Assembly: GCA_905197045.1 (NCBI GenBank)
Contig: CAJJXG010000002.1
Location: 65,312 to 129,311 of the forward strand
Direction: 5' to 3'
Length of the DNA stretch: 64,000 bases
Source: an uncultured Bacillales bacterium
GTDB lineage: Bacteria > Bacillota_I > Bacilli_A > RFN20 > CAG-826
Part shown: piece by piece, positions 10,150-18,432 of the stretch
Layout of the letters: every line of letters begins with the position of its first letter
Numbering within the stretch: position 1 is the stretch's first letter
Program-made: the position numbers and the translations under genes
Notes under the pieces: model-generated
Told to the model about the DNA's origin: nothing
Databases searched by the model: none
Seen by the model: the letters and a program-made list of their open reading frames with translations, nothing else

Positions 10150-12507
10150 ATGAAAAAAAGAAAGATTATTCCTATTATTGCTCTTAGCACTATTTTAGGG
10201 ATGGGCGTTGTTAGTATAACAAGTTGTGGAAATGAAACTACTAACCCAGCAACTTATACTGTAACCTATCAAGAATCAAGCGACTATACTATTACTGGTC
10301 TTGAGAGTAGTTATAGTTCTGGAGCAACAGTTTCTTTTACAGTTACTGTTAATAATTCAGCAAAAGAAATTGATTCTGTAGCAGTTAATGGAAGTAAATT
10401 AAGTGGCACAGGCAGCTATTCTTTCAAGATGCCTTCAGAAAATGTCACTATTGTTGTTACTTTGAAGGATAAAGCTGTAGATCCAGCACCTGTTGAACAT
10501 GAATTAACAGTTGAAGCATCTTCATCATCAGTTATAGTTGGCGAAAGAATTACCCTTGTAGTTAAATTTGATGGCGGAGCAGTTAAAAACTATACTGTTA
10601 CCTCGGCTGACAGCACAATTGTTAGCGTAGGAGAGGATGGAAAGATTTTAGCTGTTGGTGCTGGTTCAACGGTCTTGACTGTAAAATATACTTCTGAGGG
10701 TGTTGACTATACTTCAACAGTAAATATTACTGTCACCGATGATGAAATGGGTGAATACGAGGTTGTCGAAAAAGGAAAATTTGGTTTATGGCAACAAACT
10801 AGAGAAGAAACACTTTACTTCAATGGCTTAATGGATGGCTTTTATTTAGGAACTACAACTGATTATAACGAAGGTGTAACAGTTACTGCTTATAAGGCAA
10901 GCGAAACTGGTGTTTATTTGAGAATTACAGATGAAACTTCTCAAAATGACAAAAAATATATCGCTGGTCAATATGCAAAAGGCAGTGATGGAAAAGATCA
11001 CAACAACATTCTTATTGCTGATGAACCATTTGAATGGAACTATAATGTCGAATATGATGCATATACTGCTATTTTAGAAAACGAAAAAGAAGTTTACATT
11101 GGTAATTATAAATCGTTTGATACCATCTCTTTAAGTGAAATGAGTCATATCGATGGTTCTGATACTAATATTGCGCGTTTGGTTCAAGAACCAATTACTA
11201 GTTTTAATGCAAATGTTACAACAACTACTTTCATTATAGGCGAAAGTTATTCAATTACTGCAAATTTCAATGGCAAAGTGATTAGCGAAGGATTGGCTAT
11301 CACTGCAGATGATGAAGAAGCTTTTGAGATTAATGGCACTACCGTTAAAGGTTTAAAGAAAGGTGAATTTGTTTTAACAGTTACATACACTGATGCCGAG
11401 AAAAACGTTTATACTGACACAATTAAAGTTAGTGTTACTGACGATATTATGGCTGATAAAAAAGTTGTAGAAACTGGTAAATTAGGCTTGTGGCAACAAA
11501 CAAATGGTGAAGCGCTTTATTTTACAGGGTTAATGGATGGCTATTATTTTGGAACAACTTCTGAATTTGATAACGGTGCCGCAACAGTTACAGCTTATGA
11601 AGCTACAGAAACTACTGTTTATCTAAGAATAACTGAAGGCAATAACCTTAATAAATTTATTGGCGCTGCTCAAAGTGGCACACACAACAATATTGTAATG
11701 GTCGACGAACCTTACGAATGGACATATAATTCAGATTATGATGCTTATACTACAATACTTGGCGAAAAAGAATTATTTATAGGTAATAGTTCATTCTTTG
11801 ATACGTTATCTTTGAATTATCTTGAGTCAATTGCTAGTGCTAATGTCGCTCATATTGTACAAGAAGAAATTTTAATGTTTACAGCTAGTATTTCTTCAAC
11901 TAATTTAGCACTTAATGAAAGTTATGAGATAACTGGAAAGTTAAATGGTAATGAAGTTGAAGGTGACTTAACAGTTACTGCAGATAATCCAGAAGCTTTT
12001 GAAATAACTGGATCAACTGTAAAACCTATTAAATTAGGCGATTTTACTTTAACTGTAAAATATACCGCTGATGGAAAGACATACACAGATACTATTGAAG
12101 TTAGTGTAAAAGAAGAAATTACCGAATATATATTTACATGGAAAAGTGGCACAGGCAAAATTGACGGTAAGATAATGACTTTTACAATGGGCGATATGTT
12201 TGATGTCAAAGTTGATCAAAAATCAGGGGCTGATATTGTCAATACTTATGATCCATGGAGAATTTATGCTGGTCATGAAGTCACTATTTCTTCCAGCAAA
12301 GTCCTAATCACTGGTGTACATTTTACTGATCACAAAAAAGATGATGCACTTCAAATTACTGCTACAAGTCAAAATTTCGCAATTACACAAGATGGTAATG
12401 ATTGGACTTTTACAACAAATGACCCACAAGGCGTTAGCAGTATTAGCTTCTCAGGCTCTAAACAAATTCAAATCAAAGAAATGATTATAACTTACGAAAA
12501 TAAATAA
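10150..12507 (+). CDS. large surface lipoprotein with internally duplicated Ig-like plus GLWQQT modules
   Basis: RBS AAAGGAGAG and lipobox ITSCG. Three Big_2-like beta domains (ITVTDD / VSVTDD / VSVKEE ends) alternate with two copies of a module of about 150 aa. Confidence 0.7.
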   Translation: MKKRKIIPIIALSTILGMGVVSITSCGNETTNPATYTVTYQESSDYTITGLESSYSSGATVSFTVTVNNSAKEIDSVAVNGSKLSGTGSYSFKMPSENVTIVVTLKDKAVDPAPVEHELTVEASSSSVIVGERITLVVKFDGGAVKNYTVTSADSTIVSVGEDGKILAVGAGSTVLTVKYTSEGVDYTSTVNITVTDDEMGEYEVVEKGKFGLWQQTREETLYFNGLMDGFYLGTTTDYNEGVTVTAYKASETGVYLRITDETSQNDKKYIAGQYAKGSDGKDHNNILIADEPFEWNYNVEYDAYTAILENEKEVYIGNYKSFDTISLSEMSHIDGSDTNIARLVQEPITSFNANVTTTTFIIGESYSITANFNGKVISEGLAITADDEEAFEINGTTVKGLKKGEFVLTVTYTDAEKNVYTDTIKVSVTDDIMADKKVVETGKLGLWQQTNGEALYFTGLMDGYYFGTTSEFDNGAATVTAYEATETTVYLRITEGNNLNKFIGAAQSGTHNNIVMVDEPYEWTYNSDYDAYTTILGEKELFIGNSSFFDTLSLNYLESIASANVAHIVQEEILMFTASISSTNLALNESYEITGKLNGNEVEGDLTVTADNPEAFEITGSTVKPIKLGDFTLTVKYTADGKTYTDTIEVSVKEEITEYIFTWKSGTGKIDGKIMTFTMGDMFDVKVDQKSGADIVNTYDPWRIYAGHEVTISSSKVLITGVHFTDHKKDDALQITATSQNFAITQDGNDWTFTTNDPQGVSSISFSGSKQIQIKEMIITYENK
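10498..12114 (+). repeat. in-frame tandem duplication, period 702 nt (234 aa), 2.3 copies
   Basis: GLWQQT falls at nt 10783 and 11485. Unit boundaries are ARLVQEPITSF (about 11194) and AHIVQEEILMF (about 11869). The third copy contains only the Ig-like part. Confidence 0.8.
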
Positions 12508-12696
12508 AAAGAGCGGTTTGTTTAAAATTTTTAAGATTAATCATTTGATAAAACTTTTGCTATAGGAATGGAATAACATTAAAAATCCAAACTAAACTTA
12601 TAATTTCTTAATTTGTATCAGATCTCAAAAAACTTTATAAAATTTAGTGAGATTTTATTAAAAGTTGAATTAGGTATTAATTAAGGTTTGAAACGT

Positions 12697-12729
12697 GGGT
12701 CGTTACTTTGATGTAACGGCCCCTTTTTT
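12697..12729 (+). terminator. strong intrinsic terminator with no adjacent upstream CDS
   Basis: A 10-bp stem pairs GGGTCGTTAC with GTAACGGCCC (one G-U), with a 6-nt loop, followed by T6. It lies 190 nt after the 12507 stop and 126 nt before the next start. Confidence 0.7.
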
Positions 12730-12855
12730 ATATAGTTCTTTTTTAACCGATTTTGCAAATATTTGCCTTAAAAGTTTCATCCATTTTAAAAACTTTTTAA
12801 CAAATATCTGCATAGTTATGCGATAATAATAGTATAAATTTAAGGAGGCAAGATA

Positions 12856-13092
12856 ATGGCCAAAAAATTTTTTCAATTACCAAGATTAGTCCAAATAATC
12901 TTACTCATCCTTCCAATTGTTGGTTGGATTGTTGAACTTGTGATTAGATGGAGTGCAGTATTAGAGAAATTTACTTTATTAAATCTTATTGCTGCTTTAG
13001 TCTACACATTCTTAGGTTGGGGTATTGTTCTTCAAATCGTTGATATTATCTGGATTATTCTTTTCAAGCATTTATTCCTTACAAAAGCTTAA
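12856..13092 (+). CDS. hypothetical small membrane protein (78 aa, 2 TM)
   Basis: Strong RBS TAAGGAGG lies 7 nt upstream of the ATG. Two hydrophobic helices are present. Confidence 0.55.
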   Translation: MAKKFFQLPRLVQIILLILPIVGWIVELVIRWSAVLEKFTLLNLIAALVYTFLGWGIVLQIVDIIWIILFKHLFLTKA

Positions 13093-13126
13093 TTACGAAT
13101 TTAAAAAGGGAATTAATAACAATGCC

Positions 13127-14359
13127 TTAGTCGAGTTGACTAAGGCATTGTTTTATAATGAATGAATTAAACAAAGCTTTTTCCTTTTTTGTTTCTATTA
13201 AAGGAAGAAGATAAGTAATAAATGACTCATTAATATTATCTTTTGTTTCATTTAAATAAGTTAATGGTAGATATCTAACTTTATTTGCGACTTTATTAAT
13301 TGGAACAAGACTATATTTTGCTTTATAGTTAGCGCTTGATGTTCTATTTATAGTAACTATTTTTTGACTTTTTCCAACTAAAGCACTTTTTAAGGCAAAA
13401 GAGCCACATTTAATTGCTTCTTTAATGTCAACTCTAGAAGGAATAATAGAATTTGCTCTTTGAAGAAGTGAAAGTTCAATATAGCGTGTTTTATAACCTA
13501 ATTCTTTGGAAATTAAAGAAGACAGAAATACACTTACTCCACCAAGTTGGGTGTGACCAAAAGTATCTTTCATCTCTTGCATTACACCAATTAACTTGCC
13601 GCTATGATCACGGATTCCTTCAGAAACACAAACTAGACAATGACCTTTATTTTCATAGATTGTTTTTACTTTCTTTAAAAAGATCTTAAGATCAAAACTT
13701 ACTTCAGGAACGTAGATTAAATCAACTTTTGCTCCATTAAGTTCAGCAAGTTTACTAGAAGCGGTCAGCCATCCAGTATCTCGTCCCATAATTTCGACAA
13801 TATTAACACGTCCTTTTTTATAACTTGCATCATCAAAATATATTGAGCTAACAGAGTTAGCTATATATTTAGCAGCACTAGGATAACCTGGAGTGTGATC
13901 TAACATCTCTAAATCATTATCAATGGTTTTAGGTATACCAATTGCATATAATTCATAATTTACTTTTTTAGCGTAGCGCGAAATCTTTAAGATTGTTTCC
14001 ATTGAATCGTTTCCACCATTATAGAAAAAATAATGAATGTTATATTTATTAAAGATTTCGATGATTTTATCAAATTTAGCTTTATCGCTAATCTCATCGT
14101 TTAATTTGTAGCGGTTACTACCAAAAGCAGCACCAGGTGTAGTAAGTAAAGCTTTTAATTCTTTTTCTTTAAATGAAGAAACGTCAATTATATCTTCATT
14201 AAGTAAGCCTTCAATCCCATAATGCATGGCAAATATTTTACCTATTTTATCAGGATGCTTTTTTGCCTCTTTTATTAAGCCATATGCTGAAGCGTTAATG
14301 ACACTTGTTGGTCCGCCACTTTGACCATAAATTGCGTTAAATATCTTTCTTTCTTCCAT
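13127..14359 (-). CDS. pfp: 6-phosphofructokinase, probably pyrophosphate-dependent
   Basis: Motifs are YGQSGGPTSVINAS, NGGNDS, GIPKTIDNDL and MGRDTGWLT. Asp and Lys occupy the positions that are Gly104/Gly124 in E. coli PfkA, which is the PPi-type signature. The start is set at ATG 14359 (MEERK...) because a promoter-like element overlaps the upstream in-frame codons. Confidence 0.75.
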   Translation of the reverse strand: MEERKIFNAIYGQSGGPTSVINASAYGLIKEAKKHPDKIGKIFAMHYGIEGLLNEDIIDVSSFKEKELKALLTTPGAAFGSNRYKLNDEISDKAKFDKIIEIFNKYNIHYFFYNGGNDSMETILKISRYAKKVNYELYAIGIPKTIDNDLEMLDHTPGYPSAAKYIANSVSSIYFDDASYKKGRVNIVEIMGRDTGWLTASSKLAELNGAKVDLIYVPEVSFDLKIFLKKVKTIYENKGHCLVCVSEGIRDHSGKLIGVMQEMKDTFGHTQLGGVSVFLSSLISKELGYKTRYIELSLLQRANSIIPSRVDIKEAIKCGSFALKSALVGKSQKIVTINRTSSANYKAKYSLVPINKVANKVRYLPLTYLNETKDNINESFITYLLPLIETKKEKALFNSFIIKQCLSQLD

Positions 14360-14366
14360 AGTCAAC

Positions 14367-14395
14367 ATTGTAGCAATTAACGCTTTTAGATTCAA
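14367..14395 (-). promoter_or_regulatory. candidate sigma-A promoter for pfp (TTGAAT-17-TGcTACAAT), implying a leaderless mRNA
   Basis: On the minus strand TTGAAT sits at 14395-14390, followed by a 17-nt spacer, extended -10 TG and TACAAT at 14372-14367. The ATG lies 7 nt further at 14359. No SD sequence is present. Confidence 0.4.
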
Positions 14396-14400
14396 AAATA

Positions 14401-14429
14401 TCTACTAATTATCTACTAAAATTTAGTAA
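14401..14429 (+). promoter_or_regulatory. TCTACTAA repeat cluster (two direct copies and one inverted) in the pfp/nrdA divergent region
   Basis: TCTACTAAT at 14401-14409 and TCTACTAAA at 14413-14421. The inverted TTAGTA at 14423-14428 forms TACTAAA-A-TTTAGTA. Confidence 0.4.
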
Positions 14430-14507
14430 TTTTTAAAATGCTTATTTTCTTTAATTACAAAAGAAATAATTGTTGATATTATTCTAAAAGCAAGAAAGGA
14501 AAAAATA

Positions 14508-17027
14508 ATGATTAAAGCAATTAAGAAAAGAGATGGACGATTTGAAGAATTCAAAGAAGAAAAGATTCTTAAAGCAGTTAGTAAAGCTTTTAAATCAATT
14601 AATGTAAAAATAGAAGAAGAAAAATTAAGAGAGATTACTTCTAGAGTTATTTCTTCGATTAATGAAGAAATACCAACTGTTGAAGAAGTACAAGATCTTG
14701 TTGAAAAAGCCTTAATGGAACTTGGTTATTTTGATTGTGCAAAAAGCTATATTCTTTATCGAAATAATCGAAAAGAAAAAAGAGCAAATCGAGATGAAAT
14801 AAACGCTTCTATTACAAGTTTAGATTTAAGATCAACTTTAAAAGGAATTGAAAAAGACTTTCCTGAAGATCAATACGATTTATCACATTTATTAGCAAAA
14901 TTTAAAAGTTTTGTTTCAAAAGATGCTAGTGAAGAAATGAAGGTTAAAGCCTTAATTAAAGCAGCTGTTGAATTAACAAGTTTTGAAGCACCAAAATGGG
15001 AATATATCGCAGCAAGACTTTACATTTTTTCTTTTAACACTAAATTAAAAAACATTCAAAAAGAACTAGGAATAACTAATCTATATTCAAAGATTCAATA
15101 TCTAGTTGATAATGATATTTATGGTTCTTTTTTACTAGAAAAATACACTAAAGAAGAAATTGATGAATGTGAGAAGATGATTGTTAAAAGTCGTGATCGT
15201 TTAATTAACTATTCTTCTTTTGAATTAATTTTAAAAAGATATCTTGCTAAAAATCATAATGGAGTAGTTCTTGAAAGCATTCAAGAGATGTGGCTTGTTA
15301 TTTCAATGCATCTAGCAATTAATGAAAAAGACAAGTTATATTGGGTAAAAAGATTTTATGAATCCTTATCAAAACTTGAATTTACTTTAGCTACACCAAC
15401 TATGGGAAATGCGCGTAAATCCTTCCATCAATTATCAAGTTGCTTTATTGATACTGTTGAAGATTCTCTTGATGGTATTTTTAAATCCATTACTAACTTT
15501 GCCTCTGTTTCTAAACATGGTGGAGGAATGGGCTTATATTTTGGTAAGGTAAGAGCAAATGGTTCAACAATAAGAGGTTATAAGGGAGCAGCTGGCGGAA
15601 TAATTCGCTGGATTAGAATTGTTAATGATGTAGCGGTTGCTGTTGATCAACTTGGTGTAAGAGCAGGTGCAGTAGCTTGTTATTTAGATGTTTGGCATAA
15701 GGATTTGCCTGAGTTTTTACAAATCAGAACAAATAATGGTGATGATAGAATGAAAGCTCACGATGTATTTCCTGCTATTTGTTACCCTGATTATTTTTGG
15801 CGCCTTGCTAGAGACAATATTAATGCATTATGGTATTTAATGGATCCTAAAGAAGTATTTGATATAAAAGGCTATCATATTGAAGATTACTTTGGAAAAG
15901 ATTGGGAAAACAAATATTTCGATTGCATTAACGATGAAAGAATTCATAAAAGAGAAATTCCAATCAAAGAAATTATCCGCTTAATCATTAAATCTGCTGT
16001 TGAAACTGGAACGCCATTTGCTTTTAATAGAGATCTTGTTAATGAAGCTAATCCAAATAAGCATAAAGGAATCATCTATTGTTCTAATTTGTGCACCGAA
16101 ATTGCTCAAAATACAAGTGCTATAGGTGAGATTGAAAAAACAACTATTAAATCAAAAGAAGGTGATGATATCGTTGTTGAAAAAGCAAAAAGTGGTGATT
16201 TTGTTGTTTGTAATCTTGCTTCTCTTTGTTTAGGTAATTTTGATTGTGATAATCAAGAAAGTTTACATAATGTTATTGAAACGGCAATTAGAGCCTTAGA
16301 TAACGTCATAGACATCAATTTATATCCTTTAGAATATGCTAAGATTACTTCACAAAAATATCGCGCAATTGGCTTAGGAGTAAGTGGGTACAATCATTTA
16401 CTTGCTAAAAAAGGAATTTACTGGGAAAGTGAAGAGCATTTAAATTATGTTGATAAACTTTTTGAAAATATTAATTACTATGCAATCTTAGCTAGTAATA
16501 AATTAGCTATTGAAAAAGGTAAGTATGATTTATTTGAAGGCAGTGAATGGGATAGTGGAGCTTATTTTATAAATCGTAATTATACTAGTGAGAGATGGAA
16601 TGAATTAGCTAAGAGCGTTCATGAAAATGGTTTAAGAAATGGTTATCTATTAGCAATTGCTCCAACCTCTTCAACCTCAATTATTGCTGGTACAACAGCA
16701 GGAGTTGATCCAATTATGAAAAAATTCTTCTATGAAGAAAAGAAAGGTGAAATGATTCCTCGTGTTGCTCCTGAATTAACTCACGAAAATAGTGCCTTTT
16801 ATAAACCTGCACACGAAGTAGATCAATTATGGAGTGTAAGAGCGGCAGGAGTTAGACAAAGACATGTTGATCAAGCACAAAGTGTAAATTTATATATAAC
16901 TCATGATTATTCAATGAGACAAATTCTTGAGCTATATATCAAAGCATGGGAAAACGGAGTGAAGACTATTTATTACGTTAGAAGCAAATCTTTAGAAGTA
17001 GAAGAATGTGAAGGATGTGCTAATTAA
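14508..17027 (+). CDS. nrdA: ribonucleoside-diphosphate reductase alpha subunit with N-terminal ATP-cone (class Ia-like)
   Basis: ATP-cone start is MIKAIKKRDGRFEEFKEEKI. Catalytic motifs are SSCFI, CSNLCTEI and APTSSTS. The C-terminal redox pair is ECEGC. Confidence 0.9.
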   Translation: MIKAIKKRDGRFEEFKEEKILKAVSKAFKSINVKIEEEKLREITSRVISSINEEIPTVEEVQDLVEKALMELGYFDCAKSYILYRNNRKEKRANRDEINASITSLDLRSTLKGIEKDFPEDQYDLSHLLAKFKSFVSKDASEEMKVKALIKAAVELTSFEAPKWEYIAARLYIFSFNTKLKNIQKELGITNLYSKIQYLVDNDIYGSFLLEKYTKEEIDECEKMIVKSRDRLINYSSFELILKRYLAKNHNGVVLESIQEMWLVISMHLAINEKDKLYWVKRFYESLSKLEFTLATPTMGNARKSFHQLSSCFIDTVEDSLDGIFKSITNFASVSKHGGGMGLYFGKVRANGSTIRGYKGAAGGIIRWIRIVNDVAVAVDQLGVRAGAVACYLDVWHKDLPEFLQIRTNNGDDRMKAHDVFPAICYPDYFWRLARDNINALWYLMDPKEVFDIKGYHIEDYFGKDWENKYFDCINDERIHKREIPIKEIIRLIIKSAVETGTPFAFNRDLVNEANPNKHKGIIYCSNLCTEIAQNTSAIGEIEKTTIKSKEGDDIVVEKAKSGDFVVCNLASLCLGNFDCDNQESLHNVIETAIRALDNVIDINLYPLEYAKITSQKYRAIGLGVSGYNHLLAKKGIYWESEEHLNYVDKLFENINYYAILASNKLAIEKGKYDLFEGSEWDSGAYFINRNYTSERWNELAKSVHENGLRNGYLLAIAPTSSTSIIAGTTAGVDPIMKKFFYEEKKGEMIPRVAPELTHENSAFYKPAHEVDQLWSVRAAGVRQRHVDQAQSVNLYITHDYSMRQILELYIKAWENGVKTIYYVRSKSLEVEECEGCAN

Positions 17028-17028
17028 T

Positions 17029-17068
17029 TACTAATTTCATTACTAAAAACGTACTAAAAATCTACTAA
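17029..17068 (+). promoter_or_regulatory. four phased TACTAA direct repeats between nrdA and nrdB
   Basis: TACTAA starts at 17029, 17041, 17052 and 17063, giving 12/11/11-bp spacing. The last copy is TCTACTAAT. Confidence 0.45.
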
Positions 17069-17097
17069 TTTTAATAAATATTATAGAAAGGACAACT

Positions 17098-18159
17098 ATG
17101 ACAATTAAACTTGATGAATTAATGCCACACAAGCAACTTTTTAATCCTGATGGAGATATTGAGGTCAATAAAAGAAGAATGATTGGTGGAAATACCACTA
17201 ATCTTAATGATTTTAATAATATGAAATATTCTTGGGTTAGCAATTGGTATCGACAAGCCATGAATAACTTTTGGATTCCAGAAGAGATAAATATGAATCA
17301 AGATGTTAAAGATTATCGAAAAGCTTTAACACCTGCTGAAAAAAGAGCTTATGATAAAATTCTTTCTTTTTTGATTTTCCTCGATTCTCTTCAAACAGCT
17401 AATTTACCTAATATTGGTGAATATATAACCGCTAATGAAGTTAACATGTGTTTAAATATTCAATGCTATCAAGAAACTATCCATTCTCAAGCCTATTCTT
17501 ATATGCTTGATACTATTTGTTCCCCATTTGAAAGAAATGAAATCCTTTATCAATGGAAAAATGATAAACATTTATTAAAAAGAAATGAATTTATTGGCAA
17601 CGCTTATAATTCTTTTTTAGAAGATAAGCATCCATTTAACTTCTTAAAAGTTTTAATTGCTAATTATATTCTTGAAGGGATTTATTTTTATAGTGGGTTT
17701 ATGTTTTTCTATAATCTTGCTAGAAATAATAAAATGAGCGGCTCTGTACAAAATATTAGATACATTAATCGAGATGAAAATACTCATTTATGGCTATTTA
17801 GATCAATTATTTTAGAACTTAGAAAAGAAGAACCAGAATTGTTTACTAAAGAAAATGAAGAAGTGCTTAAAGCGATGCTTCTTGAAGGATGTAAGCAAGA
17901 AATTGAGTGGGGAATGTATATTATTGGGAATGATATTCCTGGGTTAAACGAGGAAATGGTCAAAGATTATATTAAATATCTTGGTAATTTAAGAAGTACC
18001 TCCATTGGTTTAGGTAAATTATTTGAAGGTTATGACCGTGAACCAGAGAGTATGAGTTGGGTTTCTAAATATAGTGATGCCAATATGATTAAGACAGATT
18101 TCTTTGAAGCTAGAAATACAGCTTATGCAAAATCTAGTGTTATTAAAGATGATCTTTGA
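17098..18159 (+). CDS. nrdB: ribonucleoside-diphosphate reductase beta subunit (tyrosyl-radical type)
   Basis: Metal and radical motifs are FLDSLQ, QETIHSQAYSY, EGIYFYSGF and RDENTHL. RBS AAAGGA is present. Confidence 0.9.
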   Translation: MTIKLDELMPHKQLFNPDGDIEVNKRRMIGGNTTNLNDFNNMKYSWVSNWYRQAMNNFWIPEEINMNQDVKDYRKALTPAEKRAYDKILSFLIFLDSLQTANLPNIGEYITANEVNMCLNIQCYQETIHSQAYSYMLDTICSPFERNEILYQWKNDKHLLKRNEFIGNAYNSFLEDKHPFNFLKVLIANYILEGIYFYSGFMFFYNLARNNKMSGSVQNIRYINRDENTHLWLFRSIILELRKEEPELFTKENEEVLKAMLLEGCKQEIEWGMYIIGNDIPGLNEEMVKDYIKYLGNLRSTSIGLGKLFEGYDREPESMSWVSKYSDANMIKTDFFEARNTAYAKSSVIKDDL

Positions 18160-18175
18160 TACTTTTTACAGTGTA

Positions 18176-18214
18176 AAAACATTTTAGGACTTGCCAAAGT
18201 CTGAAAAATGTTTT
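18176..18214 (+). terminator. AT-rich hairpin immediately after nrdB (probable terminator)
   Basis: AAAACATTTT-AGGACTT pairs with AAGTCT-AAAATGTTTT. The T-tract is part of the descending arm. Confidence 0.4.
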
Positions 18215-18342
18215 ATAAATTAAGTACATAGAGATAAAAATCTCGAATTAAAGAAAACAGCAAATCGATAATAAAGCTGTTAAACAAAGAGAATAGGATT
18301 CAGTGCCTATTAACGTCATCAATGTTTGGATGATAGAAAAAA

Positions 18343-18372
18343 AGAGCTGTGTAAAGAAACAGTTCTTTTTTT
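18343..18372 (+). terminator. intrinsic terminator (usable on both strands)
   Basis: AGAGCTGT pairs with ACAGTTCT (8 bp, one G-U) around an 8-nt loop, followed by T7. An A-run precedes it. Confidence 0.55.
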
Positions 18373-18380
18373 AGCAAATT

Positions 18381-18405
18381 AAAAGCGAAACAATGCCTGT
18401 TTCGC
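18381..18405 (-). terminator. intrinsic terminator of udk
   Basis: A perfect 8-bp stem pairs GCGAAACA with TGTTTCGC. On the minus strand it is followed by TTTTAATTT. Confidence 0.6.
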
Positions 18406-18432
18406 TTAATAAATTAACTTTATAAATATTTT

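Noticed and set aside
14401-14429. Interpretation of the TACTAA clusters as NrdR boxes.
   Set aside because: NrdR boxes are 16-bp even palindromes (CwA-N4-TwG core), usually in tandem about 3 helical turns apart. These sites are mostly direct repeats at a period of 11-12 bp, and the single palindrome has an odd 5-nt core spacer. NrdR is kept only as an alternative to test.
18262-18333. 23-codon hydrophobic minus-strand ORF (MTLIGTESYSLCLTALLSICCFL) in the nrdB-udk spacer; possible type-I toxin-like peptide.
   Set aside because: It has no SD sequence and no promoter-like element. It lies between convergent terminators, and its length is within chance expectation.
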